Below, one piece after another: positions 18,358-28,807 of a stretch of DNA of 64,000 nucleotides (positions are counted from its first letter, which is position 1; the number at the start of each line of letters is the position of its first letter). The position numbers and the translations under genes were made by a program. Under the pieces are notes generated by a model. The model had not been told where the DNA came from, did no database searches, and saw only the letters and a list, made by a program, of their open reading frames with translations. Origin of the DNA: a virus; the IMG/VR virus record IMGVR_UViG_3300024346_000041, positions 11,405 to 75,404 of that record. One strand, written 5' to 3'.

Positions 18358-18846
18358 TTGGTATTAAGAAAGGAATCTTACTCCATGCATAAAGACACTA
18401 AGTTTAAAACCTATGTAGTGTATGTACCTCCTGTGTTTGACAAACTTCCTGATGTCTTGCCAAAATACCCTATGCCTGGAGAGAGTTACAACTATAGCCA
18501 GATGTCTGATGTGATTTCTATATTTGATAAAAGGTGGAAGTCTGCAGGCTCAATACCTGATAGAGAGCCGTTTGCAGTAGCTTCCACCAAGGAAGGAGTA
18601 GAGATTCCTGGGTCAGACCGGATTACTAGAGATATTATATACTCGGCCATAACCAGTGACGCTTACATTGAAGCTGTATCTGAGCGTGAGTCTTCTAATA
18701 AGTTTATTAATGAGTTACTTAGCCTTGACTGTTCTTTGGATGATCAGGATGATCTTGATGAGGTACCTACAACAACGGCTAAGCCACATGGAGGTGGCGA
18801 CAAGTGTCAAAAAGAGAAGAAGAAAAGGGAAAACCCAAAAAGGTAG
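18358..18846 (+). CDS. hypothetical protein
   Basis: ORF in operon context. Confidence 0.6.
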   Translation: MVLRKESYSMHKDTKFKTYVVYVPPVFDKLPDVLPKYPMPGESYNYSQMSDVISIFDKRWKSAGSIPDREPFAVASTKEGVEIPGSDRITRDIIYSAITSDAYIEAVSERESSNKFINELLSLDCSLDDQDDLDEVPTTTAKPHGGGDKCQKEKKKRENPKR

Positions 18847-19055
18847 TTAAAAAGCCTGCAAAGAAAGCTGACAACAGATACAACAAGCGAGCTAACTGTG
18901 GCTATAAAAATTGCCTCAGATGCGGCAAGCAGTTTATGTCTAGTGATGTATGCAGGAACAGGATATGCGTTCCGTGCACTAGGCTTAATTGCAAGGAGTG
19001 GTCTCCTGGCGTGTACCGGTCTGGGCTATCCGTTGATTCAGAAGATAACTCTTAA
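18804..19055 (+). CDS. small Zn-ribbon protein
   Basis: CLRCGKQF...NRICVPC; GGAGG RBS. Confidence 0.6.
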   Translation: MSKREEEKGKPKKVVKKPAKKADNRYNKRANCGYKNCLRCGKQFMSSDVCRNRICVPCTRLNCKEWSPGVYRSGLSVDSEDNS

Positions 19056-19700
19056 CTATTTGTTGTTTCTTAATGAAACGTCAACTATGCTAGTAGCCCT
19101 TGAAATATAGATTTCGTCAGTAATCTCGCAAAACTCAGCTATTTTTTTAACTGTGGTTTTTGTGTTGTCAATGAGGTCGTTGTATGGAACCACTAACGTT
19201 TCTATTCCAACTTCAGCTGCCCAAGCTAGTGTGTCAAGTCTTGCAGCTTCATATCTTCCTATAATTTCAGTAGCTCTTCTGTAATCTACTTTTATAACTT
19301 TGCTCATACTTTTTGCAGACAAGTTTATAGGTCTTGATGTGCTAATTATTTTTAACTTACAGTTCATAAGGTATTCTTTAAAGTCTTGAACAAGGAACAC
19401 CATTCTAGGGTCTTTTAATCCCCACTTAGGCTTTACACATCTTTTTCTTATCAAGCTAGCATAAGCAGGGTTTGGAGCAGACGGTGTGCCTGGTTCAAGC
19501 CCGTCCATTAGGTAAGGTATATTTCCGTACATATTAGCGTGGTGATCTAAGAACTCCATGTCTTCGTAGAACCCTTTTGGGTTTTGCTCCATAGGAGGCA
19601 AAAGCCTATCTCCCATACTTATTCCTAAAGTATGTACTACTCCGGATAATGCGCTTGACCCAGACCTTGGAGTGCTTATTATAGCGTAGCATGTGTTCAT
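19056..19700 (-). CDS. sulfotransferase-family protein
   Basis: STPRSGSSALSG, NPKGFYED, WGLKDPR, VPYNDLI. Confidence 0.8.
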   Translation of the reverse strand: MNTCYAIISTPRSGSSALSGVVHTLGISMGDRLLPPMEQNPKGFYEDMEFLDHHANMYGNIPYLMDGLEPGTPSAPNPAYASLIRKRCVKPKWGLKDPRMVFLVQDFKEYLMNCKLKIISTSRPINLSAKSMSKVIKVDYRRATEIIGRYEAARLDTLAWAAEVGIETLVVPYNDLIDNTKTTVKKIAEFCEITDEIYISRATSIVDVSLRNNK

Positions 19701-19723
19701 GTTTTTCTTTCTAAGGATTTACA

Positions 19724-20539
19724 ATGTCAAAGTCAAAGAAACAACTAGCCGCCTTTACTATAGTCCAAAACGAAGACTTTTTTTTAGATATATGGGTTAA
19801 CTACTATTCTAAGACCATTCCTAAAGAAGATTTATACATACTTAATCATAACTCTGCAACAAAATCTTCATTAGAGTCTTTAGACAGACATAGGAAGGCT
19901 GGAGTTAATATTGTACCGGTGCACAGGTTTTTTAGTTTTGATCATGGATGGTTAAGAGACACAGTTCAATCTTTTCAATCGTTTTTGCTTCAAAGCTATG
20001 ATGTAGTAGCGTTTGCAGAGTCTGACGAGCTACTAATACCTAACCCAGAGCTACATTCTTACGGTCTTAATGAGTACGTGTCTAAGAGGTTTGCTGAGCC
20101 AGGATTGTCACTTTTAAGATGCGTAGGTTTGGCATTAGACCACGACCCATCCAAAGAGCTTTCTATAGATTTGTCAAAACCTATTTTTGATCAAAGAGGT
20201 TTCTGGCGTTACGACACTATTTATAACAAGACTCTTATATCTAAAGTTTCTTGTAAGTGGGATGTTGGTTTTCATATTTTAAATGTACCTTCTACGCCAA
20301 AAGTAAGCGATGATCTTTTTCTCGTGCACCTTCATAAACTTGATTACGACATGTGTAAGAGTAAACACCGTGAACAAGTAAGCAGAACTTGGAATCCGGT
20401 TGACTTAGCTGAAGGCCTTGGTTTTCATAATAGGTTTTTTGATGGTGTTGAATTTGATAAATGGTTCTTTAAAGGTAATCAAGGACCTATTGATTCAAGT
20501 TTAAGACCTATTCCATTATTTATGCGCGGTGTAATATAG
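19724..20539 (+). CDS. glycosyltransferase (GT-A fold, GT2-like)
   Basis: FTIVQNEDFFLDIWVNYY, AESDELL, WDVGFH, LVHLH. Confidence 0.7.
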   Translation: MSKSKKQLAAFTIVQNEDFFLDIWVNYYSKTIPKEDLYILNHNSATKSSLESLDRHRKAGVNIVPVHRFFSFDHGWLRDTVQSFQSFLLQSYDVVAFAESDELLIPNPELHSYGLNEYVSKRFAEPGLSLLRCVGLALDHDPSKELSIDLSKPIFDQRGFWRYDTIYNKTLISKVSCKWDVGFHILNVPSTPKVSDDLFLVHLHKLDYDMCKSKHREQVSRTWNPVDLAEGLGFHNRFFDGVEFDKWFFKGNQGPIDSSLRPIPLFMRGVI

Positions 20540-20549
20540 AAAGGTAGAC

Positions 20550-21752
20550 ATGACTGACAGTCTTAAACCGTTTTATCTTCAAAACTTATCAAAAGTTCCT
20601 TTAGTATATTCTTCCTTAGTAGTACCAACTATAAGGCTGAATGAGATAAGTGATTTTCTTTTAGCGTGGGAATCCTTAGACTGCTTTCCTAACGACGTTC
20701 ACATAGTATATGATGGTCACTCATCAGGTTTTAAAGACTTTAGTGAGCTGTTAGACCTTATTGACATTAAGAAGTATCGTTTGCATTTTCACAGTTGGGA
20801 CTCAACTTACATAGGAAGCTCAGGCTACAATTTAATAGACAATGTTCCTATTCCTATAGACATGCTCGAATATGCAGGGTTTTCTTGTTTTAGTAAAAAA
20901 GATTCAGCAATACGAAGTTACGGGTTTCTTCAAGCTTGTGCTTTAAGCGCTAATAGAAAAAATAACGAATATAGAGAGCACGTTGTATTTACATTAGATG
21001 ATGACTGTCGACCTTCAAAAGGTGAACGAGGCGGAGATTTCTTTAAAGCTCATTTATCAAACTTATTTGATTTTAACGTCTGGTCTTCTACAGTGCCTGG
21101 AGTGCGCGTAAGGGGTGTGCCTTACTTTACTAATACAACTCATTTACATAAACCTTTTGTTTCAATGAGTGTAGGTACGTGGGAGGGAATGCCTGATTTT
21201 GATTCTATACAGAGAATAAGTAACCCAGCCCTTGAGAAAGCAGTACTTCCTTTACTTCACGGTCCTGTGTTAGCTCATCCTTCTGTGGTTTATCCTATAT
21301 GTGGAATGAACTTAGCGTTTATAGACTCGATGTTACCTTATGCTTTATTTCCTCCTATGGGTATGTTGTCTAACTACAAACGATTTGATGATATATGGTT
21401 TGGTCTGTTTGCTCAGGCTGCTCTAAAGCTTAGCGGTGACGCATGGTGTTATGGTTACCCTAACTTAGACCATCTTAGGCTTAGTGACAGAATGAATTGC
21501 TTAGTGGCAGAGGCTTCAGGTATAAGACTTAACGAAGAAGTGTGGAGAGGTATAGAGTGGGTGCTTAGCAACTATGGCAGCCCTCCTGAAGATGCAAAGA
21601 CAGATGCTGGTGTTATGTCTAATTATATAGCTGAAGCAATGATGACACTAACACCAGACAAAAGCGGCTGCTCACAGGAGTGCTGCGACTACTTCAAGCT
21701 TTGGGCTAAAGCTGTTATTGATTGGAACAGGCTTATTATGAAGTATGTTTAA
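20550..21752 (+). CDS. reversibly glycosylated polypeptide / UDP-arabinopyranose mutase-like protein (GT75)
   Basis: [46 protein letters not shown] and RFDDIWFG match plant RGP motifs in order. Confidence 0.8.
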   Translation: MTDSLKPFYLQNLSKVPLVYSSLVVPTIRLNEISDFLLAWESLDCFPNDVHIVYDGHSSGFKDFSELLDLIDIKKYRLHFHSWDSTYIGSSGYNLIDNVPIPIDMLEYAGFSCFSKKDSAIRSYGFLQACALSANRKNNEYREHVVFTLDDDCRPSKGERGGDFFKAHLSNLFDFNVWSSTVPGVRVRGVPYFTNTTHLHKPFVSMSVGTWEGMPDFDSIQRISNPALEKAVLPLLHGPVLAHPSVVYPICGMNLAFIDSMLPYALFPPMGMLSNYKRFDDIWFGLFAQAALKLSGDAWCYGYPNLDHLRLSDRMNCLVAEASGIRLNEEVWRGIEWVLSNYGSPPEDAKTDAGVMSNYIAEAMMTLTPDKSGCSQECCDYFKLWAKAVIDWNRLIMKYV

Positions 21753-21921
21753 GGTTAAACTTGCCAACAGTTTTTGTTTTGTCTTCTAATCTACTAACTA
21801 CTACATGAGCTGGAGCTTCTATTCCTATTTTTACCTGGTTACCACTTATACGAATTATTTTTATTACGATATCGTTTGATATCATTATAGACTCTTCTAC
21901 TTTTCTTGATAGTACTAACAT
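21736..21921 (-). CDS. csrA: carbon storage regulator CsrA/RsmA
   Basis: [14 protein letters not shown]...VKIGIEAP...V.R.E. Confidence 0.9.
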   Translation of the reverse strand: MLVLSRKVEESIMISNDIVIKIIRISGNQVKIGIEAPAHVVVSRLEDKTKTVGKFNLKHTS

Positions 21922-21998
21922 TTTAGTTCTCCTAACGTGGTTTTAATTACCGCCCAGTTTATTGTATCTTTTCAAACCCAATTGACAGTGGAGTATTT

Positions 21999-23135
21999 AT
22001 GAAAAATCTTATTAATAATGTTTCTTTGAATTCAAAGCCTTTGGCAGTAGTTACATCTGATTGGCACGTTGCACTTAACGCTTGGAAGAAGTTTCCAAGT
22101 ATAAAAGGCGATGCTGAATACTCTCTTACCCAAATAGTTGATATGGCTATAGGTCTTAACGTACCGTTGATAGCGGCTGGTGATTTGTTTGACATAAAGA
22201 ATCCTGACTCTTACAGCATTCACGTTGTTTCAAATCAGATGGCAAGAATGTATGAAAAAGGATTACCAGTATACTATGTGCAAGGGCAGCACGAGATGTC
22301 AGATCCTACTTGGCTTAGTTTGTTTAAAGGTTGTGAGAATGTTCATAACAAGCACTTTAAAATAAAAGGAGTAGACTTCTTTGGTTACGACTATTTCCTT
22401 CCTAAGTCTGTTGAAGACTCTTACAACAGATTTAAGCCTGCCGACGTTTTAGTTACTCATCAAGTTTGGAGCGAGCTTCTCCCTCATACAGGACAAGAGT
22501 TTTGTTGCTCTTACTCGTTAGTAGAGCACAACCTTAAGTACAAGGCCCTCATAAGTGGAGACTTTCACTCACACTTTGTGTCAGATGTTAACGACATGAA
22601 GTTTGTATCCCCAGGCAGCATATGCCTTCAAGACTTAAAAGAATCTTGCAACAAAGCAGCTTGGATTATGACTGAAGACCTTGGGTTTGTATCAGCACCT
22701 TATAAGACAAGGCGACTAATTCAGTCAGTAATAAACTCAGAAAGCGACCTTCACACTATGGTAAAGGTTGCTGAAAAAGTTGAGTCTGACGACATGCCTA
22801 ACGACATAGGACGGCCTATATTTAGGCTACGTTACTCTACTAAGTTAGATAACGTTAACGCAGCTATAACTTCAGCTTTTAAGGACAAGGCTCACGTGGA
22901 CCTTGTGCCTATAATTGAAGAAATAGTTGACTTGCCATCAGTAGCTTCTGACTTGGACAAGCTAGTAGGATCTTTCGATATAAACTCGTCATTTCATGAG
23001 TCTTTAAAAGACTTTTGCGATGTTACCGAAAGAAGCTACAGCGACCTTATAAAGCTATGGTCTAGTAGGTCTGTGGAGGACTTAAGGGGAGAGTTAGATA
23101 ACATGCTTAGTGACATAAAAAGTGGTGGAACTTGA
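21999..23135 (+). CDS. sbcD: SbcD/Mre11-like metallophosphoesterase nuclease
   Basis: SDWH, AGDLFD, GQHE, GDFH and PGS motifs. Confidence 0.85.
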   Translation: MKNLINNVSLNSKPLAVVTSDWHVALNAWKKFPSIKGDAEYSLTQIVDMAIGLNVPLIAAGDLFDIKNPDSYSIHVVSNQMARMYEKGLPVYYVQGQHEMSDPTWLSLFKGCENVHNKHFKIKGVDFFGYDYFLPKSVEDSYNRFKPADVLVTHQVWSELLPHTGQEFCCSYSLVEHNLKYKALISGDFHSHFVSDVNDMKFVSPGSICLQDLKESCNKAAWIMTEDLGFVSAPYKTRRLIQSVINSESDLHTMVKVAEKVESDDMPNDIGRPIFRLRYSTKLDNVNAAITSAFKDKAHVDLVPIIEEIVDLPSVASDLDKLVGSFDINSSFHESLKDFCDVTERSYSDLIKLWSSRSVEDLRGELDNMLSDIKSGGT

Positions 23136-23206
23136 AAGGTTTATAGGAGATAATGGTAGCTGGCTGCACTCAGTTACCATGTGTCTTCACATAGTGAGGT
23201 AATAAC

Positions 23207-23836
23207 ATGTCTCAAATTTTTAAGTTAGACTTAGATCAAGTTAGATCTGATTTACAGACTGCAAAAGACGAGCTCAAAAAGTCAGTAAGGGCGCTAGAGG
23301 ATAAACGATTAGCGCTTAAAGCTAATACTGGTTGGGACAACACTATTTCTCAAGATCTAGGAACTGCAAGAGCAGCAGTTAATTCGGCAGGTGATTATTA
23401 CAATCAATTAGTTAAGCAGTATAAAGACGTTCCAGACTTGAAGCTGCCTTTACCTCCCACTGTTACTACTGCTAACTCTTTTGGAATTTACGGAAACTTT
23501 AATACATGGGCAATTCCTCCTGAAATTTGTACAGGGTTTCCACCGCCATCTAATACAGCTGAGCCTATTCCTGATCCACCACCAACTAAGCCTGTGGTAG
23601 AGTCTCCATTAGCACCTAGTAACCCAAAGCCTAAGGGTAAGCCTAAGGGTAAGCCTAAGGTACTTCCTCCTAAGACTAAAGGTATTAATAAAGCTAAACC
23701 TAAAAAGCCAGTTTCAGTAAAGAAGCCTGCTACAATTAAAGGAAGCAGGCCAGCTACAAGCATTCCAAAGCCTGCTCCTCCGTTTCCTGTACAGGCACCA
23801 CCAAAGTCTAGCGCCCCTGCAGCACCTAAGGGCTAG
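23207..23836 (+). CDS. coiled-coil plus Pro/Lys-rich protein
   Basis: GAGG RBS; PKGKPKGKPK repeats. Confidence 0.65.
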   Translation: MSQIFKLDLDQVRSDLQTAKDELKKSVRALEDKRLALKANTGWDNTISQDLGTARAAVNSAGDYYNQLVKQYKDVPDLKLPLPPTVTTANSFGIYGNFNTWAIPPEICTGFPPPSNTAEPIPDPPPTKPVVESPLAPSNPKPKGKPKGKPKVLPPKTKGINKAKPKKPVSVKKPATIKGSRPATSIPKPAPPFPVQAPPKSSAPAAPKG

Positions 23837-23893
23837 TATTTTATAATGTAGTACTTAATAAATAATACGTTGTTTTTATTATTAAAATTAAAG

Positions 23894-23932
23894 ATAAGCC
23901 TACCTCTTCTTTGGGGTGGGCTTATTTTGTTT
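23894..23932 (+). terminator. Rho-independent terminator
   Basis: ATAAGCCTACCTC/GGGGTGGGCTTAT stem plus T-rich tail. Confidence 0.65.
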
Positions 23933-23968
23933 AGTATGTATCATTTACCCTATTAGATTGGAGATATT

Positions 23969-26083
23969 ATGAAACTTGAAAAGCTTCGCTTACGTAATTT
24001 CTGTCAGCATCAAGAACTTGATTGGACTTTTCTTGATGGCATAACCGCCATCACAGGACCTAATGGCGGAGGAAAGTCTAACGCTATTAAGGGAGCATAC
24101 GCAGCCCTTACTGGAGACTTCAAGAGAAATGAAGGTGTTCTATCAGAGAACATTAATAAAATATGCTCAGATAAAGATGAGTCATTTGTAGAGCTAACGT
24201 TTTCTACAACAGGCGGCAGGGCTGTTATAAAGAGAAACCTGAGACCTAACAAGCGGTCTTTAATTATAAACTCTATGCCTCCACTTACTGGGGACAGAGA
24301 GGTTACTACTGCTATTGAGGGCTTGGTTGGGGTAAGCTCTAACATATTGTCTGACTACATCTTTGTAGACCAATGGCAAATGTTCAGCATATTTACTTTA
24401 CCTAAGTCTGACAGGCTTTCAGCGCTGCAGTCACTATACGGTTTAGACAAAGCAGAGCTTTGTTACGATGAGATAAATAAATATTCATCTAAGATATTAG
24501 TTCAGGTTCCATCTGAGACCGTAGAGTCCGTATTAGCGCAGATACGAGAGAAGACTTTACTACTTGAATCTATATCGCAATCTTTGAAGGAAGTGTCTTT
24601 AAACGTAGTAGACGACACTAAGCTTCAAAAAGACCTTAGCGAAGTAAGAAGAAAGAAAGATGTAAAACATGACATTAACAAGTGTTCAGAAAGTTTAAGT
24701 TTAGTTTTGTCTGATCTAAGTCAGGCAGAAGAAGCTAGGCCCCCTCTTTCAGCAAAGGTTGATGATCTGTCTTTAGTTAAGGACTCAGATGCGGCTTTAG
24801 CTGAGTATAAAAAGCATCAGTATCAGTGGGGTCTTATACATAAGTACGACAGCAGCAAAGCAGCTAATGAGGCTCAGCTTGCTATAGTTGAAGAAAGCAT
24901 ATCAGTACTAGTTGCGTCTGCTCCTATAAAGCCATCTCCCTACATAGAGTCTAGTGGTTTAGATTTTGAGAAGTACTCACAGTCTGCTGGGGCTTTAGAG
25001 GCCAAGAAGCAGAACTTACTTCAGCTTACTTCAAAGAAAGAATGCCCTGTATGCGGCACCACCGGAGAAGTACTGTTAGCTGCAATAGACGCTATATCTA
25101 AACACCTAGTGGAGACGTCTCCACTAGTAGATCATATGAAGAAGCAATATCAGCTTAGTAGAGAGTACGACACTGCTAACTACAAGCACTCTTCAGACTT
25201 AGCTGGGCTTAACAGTAAGCTTGAGCTGATTAAACTAAGGCTTCAGGCTGAAAGACCTGAGCAGCCTTCTGTCTCTGAAGACGAGGTTAATAAGTTTATT
25301 TCTACCTTTACTGAGCTTAGAACATCTTATGAGTCTTTGTCATCAAAGCTTTCTGCTTTAGACTTTTCAATAACTTCTTTAAAAGCAACCAGAGACTCAC
25401 TTTTGTCTCAGATTGAAACTAGAAGTAAAGAGTGCAACGTAAGTGAAGACTATTGCATGCAAGAAAGAGTATTGTGTGATAGCATCAATTTAGTAAATCA
25501 AGACAGAGAAAAGAAAATACGATTTGAAGAGCAATCAAAAGCAACTGTTGAAACTTTAGATTACTTATACAATAGAAGAGATAAGCTGGTTGGAGACATA
25601 GAAGAAGCTAGGGTTAATAAAGTTGCTAAGGATCATTTTGAAAATCTTAAAGAAGTTATGCATAAGTCTAACTTACCGAAGAGACTTACGGTAAACTACT
25701 TAAAGAGGACAGTGATTAAGTTGAATGAGTATCTAGAAGACTTTAACGCTCCGTTCAGAGTTTACTCTGATGATGAGTTGGTCTTCTGGGCAAAGTTTAA
25801 TGACGGAAGAGATTTACCAGCTGCTAGATTGTCAGGCGGTGAGAAGGTTGTTCTGGCTCTTGCATTCAGGCTAGCTGTTCAGTTTGGAGTAGCTTCAGGT
25901 GTAAACCTGTTAGTACTTGATGAACCAACCGTAGGTCTAGACGATGACAACATCGAATGTTTAGACACAGCTTTCAATAGACTAAGAGCTATGTCTAAGT
26001 CCTCTGGACTGCAAGTTATTGTAGTCAGTCACGAGAAAGCTATGGAGCGCATGTGCGATCATACGCTGACTCTTTATAAATAG
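23969..26083 (+). CDS. sbcC: SbcC/Rad50-like SMC ATPase
   Basis: GPNGGGKS, CPVC zinc hook, LSGGE signature, LVLDEPT. Confidence 0.9.
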   Translation: MKLEKLRLRNFCQHQELDWTFLDGITAITGPNGGGKSNAIKGAYAALTGDFKRNEGVLSENINKICSDKDESFVELTFSTTGGRAVIKRNLRPNKRSLIINSMPPLTGDREVTTAIEGLVGVSSNILSDYIFVDQWQMFSIFTLPKSDRLSALQSLYGLDKAELCYDEINKYSSKILVQVPSETVESVLAQIREKTLLLESISQSLKEVSLNVVDDTKLQKDLSEVRRKKDVKHDINKCSESLSLVLSDLSQAEEARPPLSAKVDDLSLVKDSDAALAEYKKHQYQWGLIHKYDSSKAANEAQLAIVEESISVLVASAPIKPSPYIESSGLDFEKYSQSAGALEAKKQNLLQLTSKKECPVCGTTGEVLLAAIDAISKHLVETSPLVDHMKKQYQLSREYDTANYKHSSDLAGLNSKLELIKLRLQAERPEQPSVSEDEVNKFISTFTELRTSYESLSSKLSALDFSITSLKATRDSLLSQIETRSKECNVSEDYCMQERVLCDSINLVNQDREKKIRFEEQSKATVETLDYLYNRRDKLVGDIEEARVNKVAKDHFENLKEVMHKSNLPKRLTVNYLKRTVIKLNEYLEDFNAPFRVYSDDELVFWAKFNDGRDLPAARLSGGEKVVLALAFRLAVQFGVASGVNLLVLDEPTVGLDDDNIECLDTAFNRLRAMSKSSGLQVIVVSHEKAMERMCDHTLTLYK
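25106..25127. repeat. dispersed palindrome CTAGTGGAGACGTCTCCACTAG (22 bp)
   Basis: Inside sbcC, read as LVETSPLV. Confidence 0.95.
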
Positions 26084-26090
26084 GTGATAG

Positions 26091-27005
26091 ATGGGTACAA
26101 CAGTAGAAGGTTCGGTTTTCAAGCTTGCCTTAGACAGCAACAGTGAGGTGTGGGTTATAGAAGGCGACAGAATGCCTTACAGCACTAAGCTTACTGTTGA
26201 GGGTTACATAGACAAGCTTGAGACCTCTGGAAACTGCCCTGATAAGATTCGTGTTTTAGGTAGTGGTTCAAACGCCGGTATGATTGTAAGATTGTACCGG
26301 CTTAAAGTTAAGCACAGGCTCAAGTCTCTTGAGATAGGCAGCCCAATCATAGTATCTAACAACGATGCGCCGGCTAATCTTATTAAGATGAGAATGGCTT
26401 CAGCTATTCCGTCTTTAGGTGGTTGGCATGAGGCTGATATGTTAGATTGCGCTTCATACGGGGTTGGGGCTCTTATAAGATCAGAGACAGAAGGCTCTCA
26501 CATAAAAGCTTGTGAGCTAATGAAGCAGCATCCTGTATGGAACTATGTAAGCTTCATACCTCATATAGATGACATGTTCTTCACAAAGGTTATGGCTAGA
26601 ATAGGTGACCCAAGGTGGTATATAGACCCTAACCATCCATCTAGGCTTTCAAGGTTGTATTCTTGGCTTGGCTTGTGCAATGGACCACAGACTGACGATA
26701 AGCTTGTAAAGAAGTTTGACGTTTACTCCTGTTGGTCTAAAGGTCTGTCAGCTTCTATATCCGAGATGGCTAGGCCTGGTTGGTTTATTATAAGAGAAGG
26801 CAGTACTAAATGGGCAAACCACAAGCCTTGGGTTAGTTCGTTAAGAATGTCTCAGCTCTTTATCAAGTTTGTACGTATGGCTTGGATGGACAGCATATAC
26901 CCATATCCAAACCCTTGGATGGAAAAAGTGTTTGATCCAGATCTTTTCTTTTCACAAGAGAAGGATTCAATAGGTCTGGCTATTCACCTGAGCAAGTTGA
27001 AGTAG
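26091..27005 (+). CDS. IS110/Piv-family transposase-like protein, probably degenerate or domesticated
   Basis: HPVWNYVSFIPHI...ARIGDPRWY...RLYSWLGL resembles the IS110 C-terminal domain. Confidence 0.5.
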   Translation: MGTTVEGSVFKLALDSNSEVWVIEGDRMPYSTKLTVEGYIDKLETSGNCPDKIRVLGSGSNAGMIVRLYRLKVKHRLKSLEIGSPIIVSNNDAPANLIKMRMASAIPSLGGWHEADMLDCASYGVGALIRSETEGSHIKACELMKQHPVWNYVSFIPHIDDMFFTKVMARIGDPRWYIDPNHPSRLSRLYSWLGLCNGPQTDDKLVKKFDVYSCWSKGLSASISEMARPGWFIIREGSTKWANHKPWVSSLRMSQLFIKFVRMAWMDSIYPYPNPWMEKVFDPDLFFSQEKDSIGLAIHLSKLK

Positions 27006-27099
27006 TGTACATGTAAGTTTATTTTTAATATTATTAAGTTTAACTTGCTAGCATGTAACGCTTTGTAATTAATTACAAAACTTGTTTTAAGTTCAGTAA

Positions 27100-27128
27100 T
27101 TGACTCAACTCTACTATCAAAATAGAAT
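27100..27128 (+). promoter_or_regulatory. sigma70-like promoter for the replication operon
   Basis: TTGACT-N17-TAGAAT; 18-bp palindrome TTTGTAATTAATTACAAA at 27062..27079 just upstream. Confidence 0.65.
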
Positions 27129-27227
27129 CCGAAAGACCTACTTAGTAAAAACAAAAGTAGCAATCACTGGTATTTCCAGAGGTTGCCATAAGCCTATTAT
27201 TTCAAGTTATATTTCGAAGGAGCGATT

Positions 27228-28781
27228 ATGAGTGAAGTTTTATTTACTATAGGTAACTCTCTTTTGCAAGTGTCAGTACCAGGAATGAGTTCTTTGCCTG
27301 AAGATTTATCTAAGAGTTTAGAAAGCAGGCTTTGTTACACTCACAACACATACAACCAGCCTACTTACTTTTCAAAGAAAGGTGGAATAACTACAGAGAT
27401 AAGAAGAGTGTTTCAGTATGACGGCCTTAATAACTTAGTTTGCCCAGCTGGGTTTCTATCAAAGATAAAAGCCGATGCAGAACTACTAGGATACAAGGTT
27501 TCAATTGTAGACATAGACAAAGAGTACCACAGCGGACCAGCCTTTAAATACGACATAATGCGGTTGAAGGGAAGGATGGAGCTTAGGGACAAACAGGATG
27601 AGTGCTTGGCAGCTATACTTACTTCTCGCGGCGGTATTATTGTAGGGCCTACAGGCTTTGGCAAAACGTTCATGTTTGCAGCAGTATGTTTAGCTTATCC
27701 AAACGCCAAGATTCAAATAGTAACTAGAAGAGTAGACGTTATGCGCCGCATTCACTCTGGGTTGTCAAAGTTTATACCTGCTCTTGGAATGGTTGGTAGC
27801 GGAAAGAAGACTTGGGATAGAATCACAGTTATTACTGCTGATAGCATGCATAGGATATCCCACGAAGGCGAAGGTCTGGCAGACATACTTCTTTACGATG
27901 AAGCACACGAAGCTGTAGCGCCAACGTATCAGCATGAGCTAGGTAAGTTTATGAGGACCCGTAAGTTTGGGTTCACTGCTTCTCCAGACGGAAGAATGGA
28001 TGGAGCTCATTTCATGCTAGAAGCAATATTTGGACCTAGGATATTCGAACTATCATATAGCGACGCTGTAAGTGTAGACCTTGTAGTCCCTATTAAGGTT
28101 GAGTGGGTGTATGTAAAAGGTAATGGCCCAAGCGCATTCTCAGATATGAGCGGAGTCTCTAAGGAGAGATGGGGCATATGGAGAAATGAAGAAAGAAATA
28201 AGGCTATAGCAGCAAAGGCTAGAGAATACGATAACGATGATCAGGTTTTAATTATGGTTAAGTCGATAGAACACGCTATACACCTTAAACAGTTTCTACC
28301 TGAGTTTCAGATGTGTTATGACTCAATGGATCCTGCAGATTACCAATCTTATGTAAACAAAGAACTTATCGATCCAGTTGCTGAGCCTTTAATGACACCT
28401 GCTAGAAGAGAAGAGATGAGGCTTGGCTTTGAGAGGGCTACTTTAAAAAAAGTTATAAGCACTGACGTGTGGTCTACAGGTGTAGACTTTGCACAACTTT
28501 GCGTGTTGATACGAGCAGATGCTAGATCTAGCAAGATAGTAGACATTCAGGCTCCAGGTAGAGTTGCTAGAAAGCATGACGAGTCAGGTAAAAAGTTTGG
28601 TTTGGTTGTTGATTTTATGGATGCCTTCGATTTTACTTTTCTTAATAGAAGTAAGAGTAGAAGAGCAAGCTACAAGCAGATGGGTTGGGCTGAGAAGTTT
28701 ATTAAAACAGATGTAGCTAAGACATTTTTTGAAGTAGATATATTAGATGAAGCGTTTGATTCAGTAGATGAAGAACTTTAA
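27228..28781 (+). CDS. superfamily II helicase (UvsW/XPB-like)
   Basis: GPTGFGKT, DEAH, TAS, STGVD, QAPGRVAR. Confidence 0.9.
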   Translation: MSEVLFTIGNSLLQVSVPGMSSLPEDLSKSLESRLCYTHNTYNQPTYFSKKGGITTEIRRVFQYDGLNNLVCPAGFLSKIKADAELLGYKVSIVDIDKEYHSGPAFKYDIMRLKGRMELRDKQDECLAAILTSRGGIIVGPTGFGKTFMFAAVCLAYPNAKIQIVTRRVDVMRRIHSGLSKFIPALGMVGSGKKTWDRITVITADSMHRISHEGEGLADILLYDEAHEAVAPTYQHELGKFMRTRKFGFTASPDGRMDGAHFMLEAIFGPRIFELSYSDAVSVDLVVPIKVEWVYVKGNGPSAFSDMSGVSKERWGIWRNEERNKAIAAKAREYDNDDQVLIMVKSIEHAIHLKQFLPEFQMCYDSMDPADYQSYVNKELIDPVAEPLMTPARREEMRLGFERATLKKVISTDVWSTGVDFAQLCVLIRADARSSKIVDIQAPGRVARKHDESGKKFGLVVDFMDAFDFTFLNRSKSRRASYKQMGWAEKFIKTDVAKTFFEVDILDEAFDSVDEEL

Positions 28782-28807
28782 ACCTTTTTAAAAGAATTGA
28801 GTACATC

